From: Ramazzottius varieornatus
Taxonomy: Eukaryota; Animalia; Tardigrada
Assembly (NCBI GenBank): GCA_001949185.1
Contig: BDGG01000020.1
Coordinates: 285,597-349,596, forward strand
Length of the DNA stretch: 64,000 nucleotides
Direction of reading: 5' to 3'
The translations under genes were made by a program, and so were the position numbers. Of this stretch, positions 10,801-22,400 are shown piece after piece (within the stretch, counting starts at the first letter, position 1; the number at the start of each line of letters is the position of its first letter). The notes beneath the pieces were generated by a model that was given only the letters and a program-made list of their open reading frames with translations, did not search any database and was not told where the DNA came from.

Positions 10801-13183
10801 GACGAACAAACTGCGATCCTGAGCAGTACCGACGATATTTGGCCGAATGCCAGCTATGGATTGTTGCGGTGAGCGAAAGCACTTTGATTTCAGTGCTGAT
10901 TTTCCAGGTACAAAATCCGGATCTCGAAGGCGACACCAGGGTGCTGGGTCTTGATCGAAGGTATCGATGAGCCGATTGTCAAGACCTCAACGATAACGGA
11001 ACCAAGGGACCAGGAGGTTCGCAGAAAGAAAAGCACCTAGCTCAAACTTACAGCATTCATTTCAAAAGTTATATTAGTTATCGGAAGATTGCGGTCTGCT
11101 AAGAAGAAAAATATCTGTGCAAGTTTAGATCGATGTAGTGCAATGCTTTTGTTTCTGGGGTTTCTGATTTCAAGAATCTTTTTCGCTGTTATCTAGATTA
11201 TGTGCTTCTTTTTCCAGGTGTACATCTTCCGGCCGATACGATTCAACACCACATCAGTCGTAAAAATCGCCTGCGAGCCCGTCAACCCTTCCGAACTGCC
11301 GAAGATGCTAGACGGGTTGCGGAAGGTGAACAAGAGCTATCCACTTCTTAGCACCAAGGTGGAGGAGAGCGGGGAGCACGTCATCCTGGGCACGGGTGAA
11401 CTGTACCTGGACTGTGTCATGCACGACCTGCGCAAAATGTACTCGGAAATTGGTAGGTGGATTCTTCAGAATTCAGTGATGCTTATGATTTGGCTTGAGA
11501 AGGCTTGCTTCTTCGGATACAGATATCAAGGTTGCCGATCCTGTCGTAACGTTCTGCGAGACGGTCGTGGAGACTTCCTCGTTGAAGTGCTTCGCCGAGA
11601 CACCCAACAAGAGGAACAAGCTAACCATGATTGCAGAAGCCCTGCAAAAAGGCTTGGCGGAAGATATCGAAACTGGAGTCGTTTCGATCGACTGGAAAGC
11701 GTGAGCATCGAAAATATGCCATTGAAGAAATTACCGTGAATTTATTTGATGGTTGGAAGTTCGGCAATCGAGCTTTTCAGTACTGCTTTTCCACAGTGGC
11801 GCATGTTTACGGTATTACTGGCTGACAGCGTGCGCCACTAGGGAAAGCGATCTTGCTGAGTTTGTTTTTTTATTTTCGCTCTATTTTATTCCCGCTGGGT
11901 CAGCTGGATTTTTCACCTAGGTTCTTCTTTCAGGAAACGTCTTGGTGAGTTTTTCCAGACCAAGTACGACTGGGATCTCTTGGCAGCTCGCTCCATCTGG
12001 GCCTTTGGTCCAGAGTCCAATGGGCCGAATATCCTGGTGGACGACACTCTTCCCTCGGAGGTGGATAAGACCATGCTGAGTTCCATCCGCGACAGCGTTG
12101 TTCAGGGTTTCCAGTGGGCTTCAAGAGAAGGTCCGCTCTGTGAAGAGCCCATCCGTAACGTCAAGTTCAAGATTCTGGATGCCGTGGTGGCCCAAGAGCC
12201 CATCGCGCGAGGTGGCGGCCAAATCATCCCCACGGCACGCCGTGTGGCCTACTCGGCCTTCCTCATGGCCACGCCTCGACTAATGGAACCCTACATGTAC
12301 ATCGAAGCCATCGCGCCGGCGGATTGCGTGTCCCCACTGTACACAGTCCTCGCAAGAAGAAGGTACATGGGATTTTTTCAGAAGACCATGAAAATTTTGA
12401 CAAAAAGATTGGATCGGATAGGGAATTGAACTCTGGCCATCGGATTTCTTTGGGGATAATAGTTTTTCTCGGTTGGGGGGTCGGGTTGACTGCCAGCTTG
12501 GCGTGTCTGTCAGAACTCAGAAGTCAGAACTTAGAACTATCTTTTTCTCCTGTGTATCACTGATTATAGAGATTGCGCAGTGATCCGCTGTTTCACAATC
12601 CAACACCCACAGAAAAATCGTGACGTCATAGGAAGAAGTTCGTCTTGCAGGCGCTGTGTTAAAAGATGTGCACTTTGTTTACAAATGACATCACGATGTT
12701 CCTGTTCGTGTTGGATTGTGCTAGTGCGGTTCCGCTCGCAGTCTCGATATTGGTCGCGGTGAAATTATTTGTTGGTAGTGGACACTTTGTGGCATACCAC
12801 ATTCACCACTTTTCCTCCTTTGCAGAGGCCACGTTACCTCGGACGCGCCACTTCCTGGATCACCGCTGTACACGATCAAGGCCTTCGTGCCGGCGATCGA
12901 CTCCTTCGGCTTCGAGACCGACTTGAGAACCCACACACAAGGCCAGGCTTTCTGTCAGACTGTGTTCCATCATTGGCAGATTGTCCCGGGTGATCCCATG
13001 GACAAGACACTGATCATCAAGCCTCTGGAGCCGCAACCTGCGCCAGCTTTGGCGAGAGAGTTCATGCTGAAGACTCGACGACGAAAAGGTCTCAGCGAAG
13101 ACGTTAGCATTAACAAGTTCTTCGATGATCCTATGTTGTTAGAATTGGCTAAACAGGACTATGGTCTCAGCTATGCTTTTTAA
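7830..13183 (+). CDS. EFTUD2: 116-kDa U5 snRNP GTPase (Snu114). Exons: 7830-8093, 8304-8561, 8861-9068, 9155-9444, 9645-9945, 10148-10469, 10908-11016, 11218-11452, 11523-11700, 11934-12362, 12826-13183
   Basis: [16 protein letters not shown]-terminus, G motifs [20 protein letters not shown], and C-terminal [25 protein letters not shown]. All introns are GT-AG and phase-compatible. Confidence 0.98.
8146..8249 (+). ncRNA. Candidate box H/ACA snoRNA or scaRNA in EFTUD2 intron 1
   Basis: Hairpin 1 (GGTGCGCAGTC...GGCTACGCACT, 8146-8199), H box AGATGA (8202-8207), hairpin 2 (GCATGTG...CACATGC, 8209-8241), ACA at 8244-8246. Second hairpin is short. Confidence 0.5.
8707..8792 (+). ncRNA. Box C/D snoRNA, SNORD37/U37-like, in EFTUD2 intron 2
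   Basis: 7-bp terminal stem ACTGAGC/GCTCAGT, C box ATGATGT (8715-8721), guide TCTTCACTTTGA, D' CTGA (8739-8742), C' ATGTCGA (8761-8767), D CTGA (8782-8785), 75 nt upstream of the 3' splice site. Confidence 0.85.
9955..10103. repeat. Inverted pair of ~70-bp GATC-footed hairpin elements in EFTUD2 intron 5
   Basis: Copies at 9955-10023 (-) and ~10039-10103 (+), each AGTGGCRCAC...TGCGCCA, with outer ends GATCGCTTTACC and GGAAAACGATC. Confidence 0.8.
10527..10592 (-). repeat. GATC-footed hairpin element in EFTUD2 intron 6
   Basis: Minus strand GTTCCCCAAGTGACGCA...TTGGCTGGAAGCGTGCGTCAACTGCGAGAACGATC matches the family. Confidence 0.7.
10743..10833 (+). ncRNA. Box C/D snoRNA, second SNORD37/U37-like copy, in EFTUD2 intron 6
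   Basis: Terminal stem GTCGGTTTTGC/GCAGTACCGAC, C box CTGATGT (10755-10761), same guide TCTTCACTTTGA, D' CTGA (10778-10781), C' GTGACGA, TGCGATC then D box CTGA (10819-10822), 85 nt from the 3' splice site. Confidence 0.85.
11785..11852 (+). repeat. GATC-footed hairpin element in EFTUD2 intron 9
   Basis: GCTTTTCCACAGTGGCGCA...TGCGCCACTAGGGAAAGCGATC. Confidence 0.8.
12557..12762. repeat. Foldback/MITE-like inverted repeat in EFTUD2 intron 10
   Basis: Imperfect ~75-bp arms including CACAATCCAACAC/GTGTTGGATTGTG and ATCGTGACGTCAT/ATGACATCACGAT. Confidence 0.7.
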
Positions 13184-13873
13184 TCTGCATTGTGTAATAC
13201 CTTGGAGCTAAGCCACTCTGACGTTCAATTATTGCCTATGGTCATGTATCTCATTCGTTCTTAAATTTGGAAGATCGGAATTTGGTAAGAATCAACGTAG
13301 TAATCCTATGAAACTCAATCAACGGTCGGAAGTCTGAATCAGTAGTCTGTGGTCGAGGCTCGAGCATGCGATTTTCGCTTTTAGTCAAAAGCTTTGGTTG
13401 ATTGGGGGATGTGGTCAATAAGCGAGCCTTGCTTTGCCGCACTGGAAGTCATTCCGTCGGTCAACAGCCAACTTAGGTTGATCAGGTCGTTGGCGTCGAC
13501 CGACCTTCGTGTTTTCAGTTTTCTGTTTTTGACTAAAGGAAAACGTGCGTTTCTCGTTTCGATCGTCTCGCTCGCCATTCTGACCTACGGTATTACTCTC
13601 AGCAAGGAATCTTTGAAGAAACTTCGCAATCCCGCATACCATTCTGGCTTCGAAGAAGGCCTGCAACCTGTCGAAGATAGACTCGGGTAGCGACCACTGG
13701 CGCAGTCCAAGGACCGCAAGAGCACACTGCTTGGCGACGCCAACCGCGGCGCATTCGTGAACTGGCTCATCCAGCTTTCGACACCGAGGTATCATTGTGA
13801 ACTTCGGTGTCCCGCCTTCGAGTTCGAATTTGGTCATCATGTGGAACTTAAGGCAAACAAAGTCGAGAAGGTA

Positions 13874-13940
13874 GATTCTCCAAGTGGCGCACGACTTCAT
13901 CCAGTGACACCTGAAACGTGCGCAACTTGGGAAGACCGTC
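13874..13940 (-). repeat. Intergenic copy of the hairpin element family (foot degenerate)
   Basis: CCAAGTGGCGCACG...CGTGCGCAACTTGG, with a loop resembling the 11785 copy in reverse. Confidence 0.7.
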
Positions 13941-14527
13941 TTGCCGAGTTTGGTTGCGGAAATCCCATATGATTTAGCTGGACGCTGGTGGTGTTAGTCT
14001 CATGTTGAACTGTTCTGCGACGTTGTCAGTTGTGACTTACGTGATCTGCAAGTCGGACAATGGGACTAACTCGCGCAAAAGTGCCTCGTTTTCTTCCCAT
14101 AGACTCCTGTGGCTCGCTTTCTTTCTCATTCGCTTCCCTTTCAGGTTCGATTCTGCGGACATCGAGTGAGCCACAATGGGCAAGACGGATCGCACTGTAC
14201 GTTCGGATAAGACGAGTGAACTGATGACCCTTCTGCATTGAGCCCGCTCTCCATCACAATCGAAAAGAACGAAAAGAACAAACCCAAAGACATCACCAAC
14301 AATCAGAATGTCGTTATGACCGCCCTCTTATGCCGATGGAATACACCAACATCAAGTCCAAAGATCACCGTCAAAGTGGAAGCAGCGCACGCTGTTGAGG
14401 CAAGCCTTATCAGAGATGTAAGACTAAAGCCATATGAATCTTCCGAAGTTCAGTCCTCCGTTTCCGAAATGTTCAACGAGTGGTTTCACGAGTTTTCTAG
14501 CCTGTGTTTGAGGCGGATAATGACAAG

Positions 14528-15911
14528 ATGACGGTCGCACCCATCCACGATCCGCCCGTCGCCCAGATCGCGGCGCCGTCAACCGCTGAACCACCTGCAG
14601 CCGTCACTGCTGACAGTGCTCCACAAGAATCCGCGCCAGGTGAGCAGCAACCTTGCCAATCTTATCCAGTTCCTCGTGCATGAGGATCTTTTAGGAAATG
14701 GCAGGCGAGTACCATCGCAGCGCACTGTCGTGGTTAAGCGCAAAGCTCAAGACGCAGCTTGCAATGAAAAAGAGCAGGAACTGAAGAAGCCGAGAGAAGC
14801 GAGGAAGAAGGATCGACCAGCACCCGGGCAGGTAGCTTGAAGGTTATGGAAGTTTCGTTAAATATGGACCTGGAGGAACTTTTCCCTTCCAGCACCGTTC
14901 TTAAGGCATCCGGTTCTTCCAACACCCCGTTTCATGTTCTGATGATTCTGTTTTGATTTCCAGAAATGGAGGCGGTTGATGAGATCGTGATCACGAAGAA
15001 ACCTAGTAAGACTGACAAACGAAGTTGGAGCTCACATTTTGACCGCAAAAATGTCAAAAGCTCCAAGTGATGCTCTAATGTCGTCCTCATAACGGTAGAA
15101 AGAGTCAGTCAAGCGTACAGTGTAGAACGTTCGCAGTACTATTCAAGGACCTTTCTGTGTAACGTCTTGGCTGAATCTGACCACCACACGCTGTCGTGCA
15201 ACCAAAACACCTCTAGAATCGCCTCTGCGGTTCTATGCTAGCGCAGACTGTATTTTAGATCTTACCACAATAGAAAAACATATACAGGAATAATATTTCG
15301 TTCGTAGGGCGAGGCCGAAAGAGGCGCCCTCTTGGTGGAAGACGCAAGACTGCCAAGAAGAACGGCGCTGCCAAGCAGAAACCAGCTCCTGCAGCCAAAA
15401 CTCGTGCGAAGAATCCAGCACGATCTCCGGTTATTCCACCTGTTCCGGCGACAGTACTCGGCCTGGTGGACGTTGACGGTGTCCGTCGTTCGGCCCGTCT
15501 TGAACAGCACCAAGCAGCTCGGGGTTCTGTCGTAGACTGCAATCCTCCTCGCCAGAGTGCGACGAAAGCTCTGCCTAACACGAATCAGCATGACCAAACC
15601 ATACTTGAAGGTAAAAATGGCGCGTAGAAGAGCGCACCCATAAAATAGCCGAACCGCCCATAAAACCGGCGGCGAGGAGTGTCCGCACGATGTCGAAGAA
15701 AGGCAAAGCGGAGGTCCCTGCTATTGCGGTGCCGAAAGGAGGTCGAGCGCCATTCAAGAAGGTAGCTGCAAAAGGCAAAAAGTGTGGCTCGATTCAGTCG
15801 CGTATGTCGCAGAGACATGCTGTGCGCATGTTATCGGGATCGGTCGTTAGGTTCTTAAGTGGGCCAGTCCCAAAAACTTTCTCTCATCGACGTTACGCCG
15901 AAGGAAACTGA
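14528..15911 (+). pseudogene. Fragmented gene for a Lys/Arg/Ala/Pro-rich disordered protein with an RRSARL motif
   Basis: Exon-like segments 14528-14639 (GTGAG donor), 14695-14831, 15308-15627 (GRGRKRRP..KTAKKNGAAKQKPAPAAK..VRRSARL) and 15649-15911 (SKKGKAEVPAIAVPKGGRAPFKKVAAKGKK). I could not build one uninterrupted model. Confidence 0.4.
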
Positions 15912-16406
15912 ATACCATGAGCGACTAATTCCAGTAGTAAGACTAGATTACTTGTCGGCGAGATCTCGATAAGCGAGCCTTCTGTTGTCCGTGATTCCGC
16001 TCTAATACGATTGGTAACCTTTACAATCACTAGAATTCTTCGATAATATCATAAATGTGACCGCCGGTAAAGCACCTCTTCTGTTTTACTCTTGTTTTCG
16101 TTTTTTACAACTCGTTTTCAAATTCTGCTTCACACGTTTCAGTTAGAGTCAAAGATTCTGTTTTGTTCTATACGGTCTTCTGACTTTTCTGGCTTCTGCT
16201 GGATTTTTAGAGGCCTTTTTACGGATGGAAGTTTCGGAAATTCGATCGTTCAAAGTTGCCTGGGAAGAGGTCCGGCTGAACAATATTCCATGTTGTCGTT
16301 ATGACCTTCGACGGTTGTGCGCGAACTTTGCTCGAAAGTACTCCACTGCGTTGTGAGATCATACTGTGTTTGGTCGCTGTTGTATTCGCAAACCACATCG
16401 CCAGTC

Positions 16407-19400
16407 ATGTTCAATGTTCTGGATCGTCTCGACAAGGTTCGTAAGGAATTTCCCAAGAAGTACCAACGCATAATCGATCGGCTAGATGAAATCCGACGTT
16501 CAGGTGCAACAGGTGCTGTATCGGATCGCGAAAACGACGAAGGACCTGACACCACTACCGAGAACTACGCATACTTGGCCAAAGTTCACAAGGCTACCGA
16601 TGATTTCTTTTCGCGGCTCGTTACCGTTGATCGCAAGAACGAGGACTTCTGGCGAAATGTCGGCGTACTGTGGACAGGTCGTACTGAGCTTGATGATTTA
16701 CCCCAGTCGAAAATTCCACCTCGACCCGAGGAAGAAGCCTTAATCAGAACGATTCTTCTGTCAGCTCATCCCAAAGACACGTTCAAGCTGATGCTGGAGT
16801 TCAATCACCCACAAAAGATACTGCACAAGCTGTTGTTGTTTCACGATAAGCGATCGTTGCTGTATGGTGTGCGGGCAAAGTTTGGTTTGCCTTTGGGAAC
16901 ACATCTGACGCCTAAGCAGAACTTCTTCGCGAGAGCCAGCTTGGCTGGCAGCTCGACCATGAACATTCACGGCAAGCATCAATACCACCACCATCATCAC
17001 CAGCACAACAAGGAAAAACAATTGTTGTCTAATCGGGGCAGCTTTGTGGAACGTTTGGTCAACCATGCGCCACATGTGAACGACTTCAACGAAGACGCTA
17101 CGATCAGGGATCTTCTTGGTAAGAATAACAACCGGACCGACGTATTAGCTTCGACTTTGAGCTCGTTGCTCTTTCAACCAGGCTTCAAGGCATTTTCAGG
17201 TACATCGGTCTTTCCAGCGAAGAAACGGAAGTGTTCAGATCATCTTCGTCAATTTCTAACCAGAGCGACAAGAAATCCCTGCGAAACGCTAACTCCGAAA
17301 TCTCTCGTTGCGATGATACATTGTCCGCTTTCGTTGAGCCCAAGAGTACGAGCAAGGTGAGCTTCAAGGGGGAAACCAGAGACAGGGGTTCGTCGTCATC
17401 GTCTTCCAGCAGCAGCAGTAGCAGCAGCAGTAGCAGCAGCAGTAGCAGCAGCAGTAGCAGCAGCAGTAGCAGCAGCAGCTCGGACGAAGAAAAAGAGAAA
17501 CAAGGAGGAGACGGTAACCATCAGGAGCCAAATTCTTAAGAGTTCGTTGAAGGCATCACCCGCTGGAGTGTTGCTGAGCTAATTGATTGAACTAAACAGG
17601 ATTTTAGAATGCTTGGTGTTTTCCTCAGTGGGTGGAGAGGATGGCGCAGACACGGGAGGAATGGATCAGTACCGACTTCAGCGTCTCAAGATCATCTTCG
17701 AAGAGTCCGACACCGACGACGAACCCGGTCTGGACATCAATGAGTTCAAACAGGCCATGAAGAAGATCATGGGCGAGGACGTGACGGACCGCGAGATTGA
17801 GCTGACGTTCATGAAAGTGGACGCTAACTGCGACGGCAACGTCGACTGGAACGAGTTTTTAGAATTCACGTTGAGAGAGTTTCAAGAACGGGACTTGATG
17901 ACCCAGCTGACAAAAGATGCCTTCTTCGAGGTGACACCCACTGTCATTCCGGCCACGAAGAGTCAGGAGATCCGGGCGCTGGTATTCGTAAGACAGAAAG
18001 GATTCGGAAAGAGTGTACAGGATCTGACTAATGGACGATATTACTCCCTCAACGTGTAGGTTCAGCTTCTCAGGTAATACTTTTCTATTCGTATGTGCGT
18101 CAATATTTTGGTGATGTTTTCCAGGGATGGGCAGGTTTTTTGTTGGACAGCAGATTTCAAGAAGATCGCCGCGTTCGAGCTGATTTTGGACACGCGAGGT
18201 ATCAATGCATACGTTCACGCAAATGACCTAGTGGCTATTCCAGAAATCAAGACGCTTGTCGTAAGTACGTCTTTTATTCACGGGTTCGAACTGCTGCAAT
18301 ACGGCCGAGCAGTATGTTGCATCGTGACTTTTCGATAAGTTTAATTTGTAGGTTTCACGATCAGTGAATTACATTTCTACAGTTACGACGATACCAAGCT
18401 GGACCTGGTCTTTAGCATTAGCAGCTTGAAGAGTCCGGTTCTGTGCATGCATTACTGCTTCAATGATCTGGAGAGCGTGCTGCTGCTGGGGGATCAGATG
18501 GGCCAAGTCGGAGTGATTCGCTTCCGGAACCTTCAGTACGAAGGATTGTGGGGTAGTTTGGCCCTTCCGCATTCCAATAACCCTAAAGTACCATGGAGTA
18601 CATTGAAGGGCCGGAACTCTGCGTTCTACCTGAAAGACATTCGCGGAGCGGACTGGATTAACCAAGTCAAGTTCTTCCCTAACCTGAACGCAGTATGTAC
18701 CAAACTTACTTACCAGTCTCAACCTTATGCCGTTTGTCCATCTGAAATCTCAGTGTTGGTTGCCTGAAGGTGATATCCTGCAGTCTGGACCCCAAATACT
18801 CGATGTGTGTCGTACCGTTCCATAAACAGCGCGATCCGATCTACTTTGCCCATAAAGAAGGTTTCAACTGCTTCGACTATAGGTATGCAATCTCGTTCCG
18901 CTCATGCCATGAAAATTAAAATAGCATCACGGAGAAATCTTGCACATCCTTACGAAATGAGTTATACTGGGTGTTCGACGAGTTTTAGTTCTTAGGAGTG
19001 ATTTCGCTTCGATTTATTCCCAAATATTCTTGATTCAGAAAAGCACAGGCCATACAGTATTCTTGTCTCCGGTACTCTGCTGAGTCTTTGATAGTCTGCA
19101 TGATTTGCAGCGATTTCCTGAACGTAATCGTAACTGGCAGCAAGAACCGCTCCATTCAAGTCTGGAATCAGGACAACGTCCTGACGCCTACCGGCCACTT
19201 CGACGGTCACGAGGGGCCTATCAACAAGGTGGTGGTCTACAAAGACGCGGACTTTACGGTACTAATCAGCGTTGACGCCCTTCACGTGTTAAAAGTGTGG
19301 GACTTCAAGGACCAAGCCTGCCTTCAGTCTTACGACGCCAAAGCTGACATCCTTCCCCACCACTCCACCATGTTTTTGATCTACAATACCCTGTTGGAAC

Positions 19401-22400
19401 ACGTCGTCTTAGGAGCCAGGTATGGAGAAAACCGTAATTCGTATCGAAAGCTTCAGCGCAGTTGATTACCCAGTGAAATTTATTGCTGTAAAAGTAAGAA
19501 AGCTGCTGGATTAGTTTCGTCGAACTTCGGATATCAGCTACTGTATTCCCTTAAAAGTTCTGCGCAGTCACATGACAGGTCCACAAAATAATCCCCGGGA
19601 CTACTGAATGAACTATGACCACCCGCGGCCTGATTTATCGGCCGGTCATGTAACTGCGCAAAAATTTCGAAGGAATACTGTTTTCCCCTAACTCAGTTGG
19701 TCTGTCTTCAAAGTCCTGGAAAAGGTCATCATGGGGGTGAGAACAATCGGAATGTGCAGAAACGGGGAATAGACTACGCTCTCTTCAGCCAGACGTTGTG
19801 AAAGTATTGCAAAGGGAAACCAAATGAAGGGGAGTGTTCGATCTCATATATGATATCGTCCCTCGCAAGATACTTTCTGGCTTTCGCGGTAAATTAGATG
19901 AAAACCAGCACAGGAATACTCCAAAAGACCCCGGTAACCGGGAAGCTAGTCTGGCAGAAATTGTGTCTTCACACGATAATGCACAAGAGCTGGACTCGTA
20001 CAGAGGGTGCTGCTAGTTGCAGTGACACACATTGCGAACAACTTTGCAGCGGATGAGCTTGCCAGTTTTGCCCATGGTTAGGCCTATGCCAATGATCTCT
20101 AATCGACCATGTTCTTCAGAGACTTTCTGGTGCTGAAAAGGGTTAGTCGGACCAAGAAAGGACCTGTGGACCCTGTACAGAAGACACACGCCCAACCAAT
20201 CGTCGGTACGTTGTACAACGAGCTTTTCGAATGTGTGGTAACGTCATGTTTGGAGTCGACCATCATGGTTTGGAACGTCCAGACCGGTGAAAAGATTATC
20301 CAGTTTAGGAACGCCCACACCGTGGAAGAGAACGGCAAGACCGTGCAGATCCCCATCAAGAGCATGTGCTTCGACGCCAACCAAAGACGACTCCTCACCT
20401 GTGCCTCGGTATGAGAAGAAGCTCTACAGTAAAATGAAAAATTGATAATCCTACGGGTCTTGAAACGTTCAAGCATCGCTAGTATAGATCCAGTTATTCT
20501 TTCAGTACTCGCATGATAAGAAATTACGGGACAGTAAAAATTATGGGAAAGGCGGAAACGACGGCAAAATGGAAATTCGACCGCAGAAAATTGTCGAAAA
20601 GTGTATCATTGTGAACAGACTGTGAATCGGTCGCGTACATACGTGCTTCCATACCGCCGTGGCGAAAAGGCCCGTCCCATAATTTTCCATCGTGCGTGTA
20701 CACTTTAACCGTTAAGTGGTTCCACAAGACTTTCTGGCACGGTTTTCAAAAGGCCACAGTTTGAAATGCCACTCTTCTGCAGGATGGTCTGGTGAAATTT
20801 TGGAACTTCAACAACGGTGCTTGCCTTTCCTTCTTCGATCACCTCCAAGACGTCGATCTACACGTAGTTCGATACCAGAAGAACCGCGACCTGGTCATCG
20901 CAGCCGGCTGGAACAAGCACGTTTTCATGGTACGGGATACCCGTGGCGAAGACGACATCGATGAAACCGTGTATGAATGGGAGAAACACCACAGGTCTGA
21001 CATCACTGCGCTCGAGCTGATCTACGGACCCGACGACGATGAAGAAGGATCTTCTTCCTCTGAAGAAGCTTCGAGCTCGATGTCGAACATTGAAAATACA
21101 GACTCACTCAAGAACACAAAATCTAAAGACCAAGGCAGTCAGACAACGCTGTCGGTGTCGTGTGACGACATAAGTTTGACTGCAGAAGAACGGGAGGCAA
21201 TCAAGTCGTTCGTGTCCATCATGAATTCAGACGACGATGAAGACGAAGTCGAAGGCAAAGACGAAGAGTTAGATGCACTACAGCCTTTCGTTTTTAATGT
21301 CGAATCGGAAACGTTCGGATCCCGAGCTCGCGGAGCTGGTCCGTCGTATGCCGATGTGGGGTGTAACACCAGCTGTGGGTTATTTTCGGTAACGGACTTT
21401 TCAGATGTAGATCTGACGATGGTGAGAAGTACGAGTACAGGACAGCTGGAAGAAAGAGATGACGCTGAAGGGGATAACGGGAAAGGTAGCGGTGACGAAG
21501 GTGATGAAGGAAGTGGAGAAGACAGTGGCGAAAGTGGGGACAGCGAAAGTAGCGGGGCAGAGGAAAGGCAAAAGCTGTCGGATGATGGGTCCTACATTGT
21601 GACAGGGTGCGCCGATGGCGAACTGATAGTCTGGTATGTCTTCTCGGGAGAACCGATTTGCTTTCTAAACACCGATGGATGTCCCTTTGCACTGACGAAG
21701 CAAGCGAGGGCTGAGTACGCGGCGTCCACTGTGGTGGATTTCCCGAAAGTCGAAATGAAAGACAGCGGAAGTATCGAGGTATGGTAAACTAACATGGCTT
21801 GCCAATTGTGGAAAAACGGCAAATGGTTTCACCAATAGCTGATTGTGGATATTCCCGTACCATTGTGGCCATTAAGAACTCCTCAGTAACTTGTTGTTAA
21901 TATCTCTGGTCAACGAATTACCGACAACAGCTTTCTGTAGAACTTTCTGACGTTACAAGTTCCGAATCACCAAAAGAGCCTCCAGCGCCCAAAAGCCTTT
22001 CCCGACCACGAAGACCTCATCCAAGTCCCGAAGATCGCTCCCCAAGCCCGCAATTGCATCACGGCCATACTGATCCTCCGTAACCGGGTCTTCCATGATG
22101 GCAAGACTGCGTCCGTCCTAACCTCATCCACCGACGGTTTCATCCGTGCGTGGTCCATCGAGTTCACTTCCGGTGGTCTGCTGGGTCTCTTCTACGCCGC
22201 ACACGAGTTCGACTCCTTCGTTACAACCATGTGTACCGATGAAAAGAACCAAATTCTCTTCACTGCTGATACACGCGGGTAAACCGGCGTTTTATATTGA
22301 CTGATTTGCTCGTAATAAGCATTCAGTTCGTTTCAAGATACATCAAGATTTGGCTACTGTGCGAATGGATGCAAACACCGCGCCACCTGGAGAACCATCG

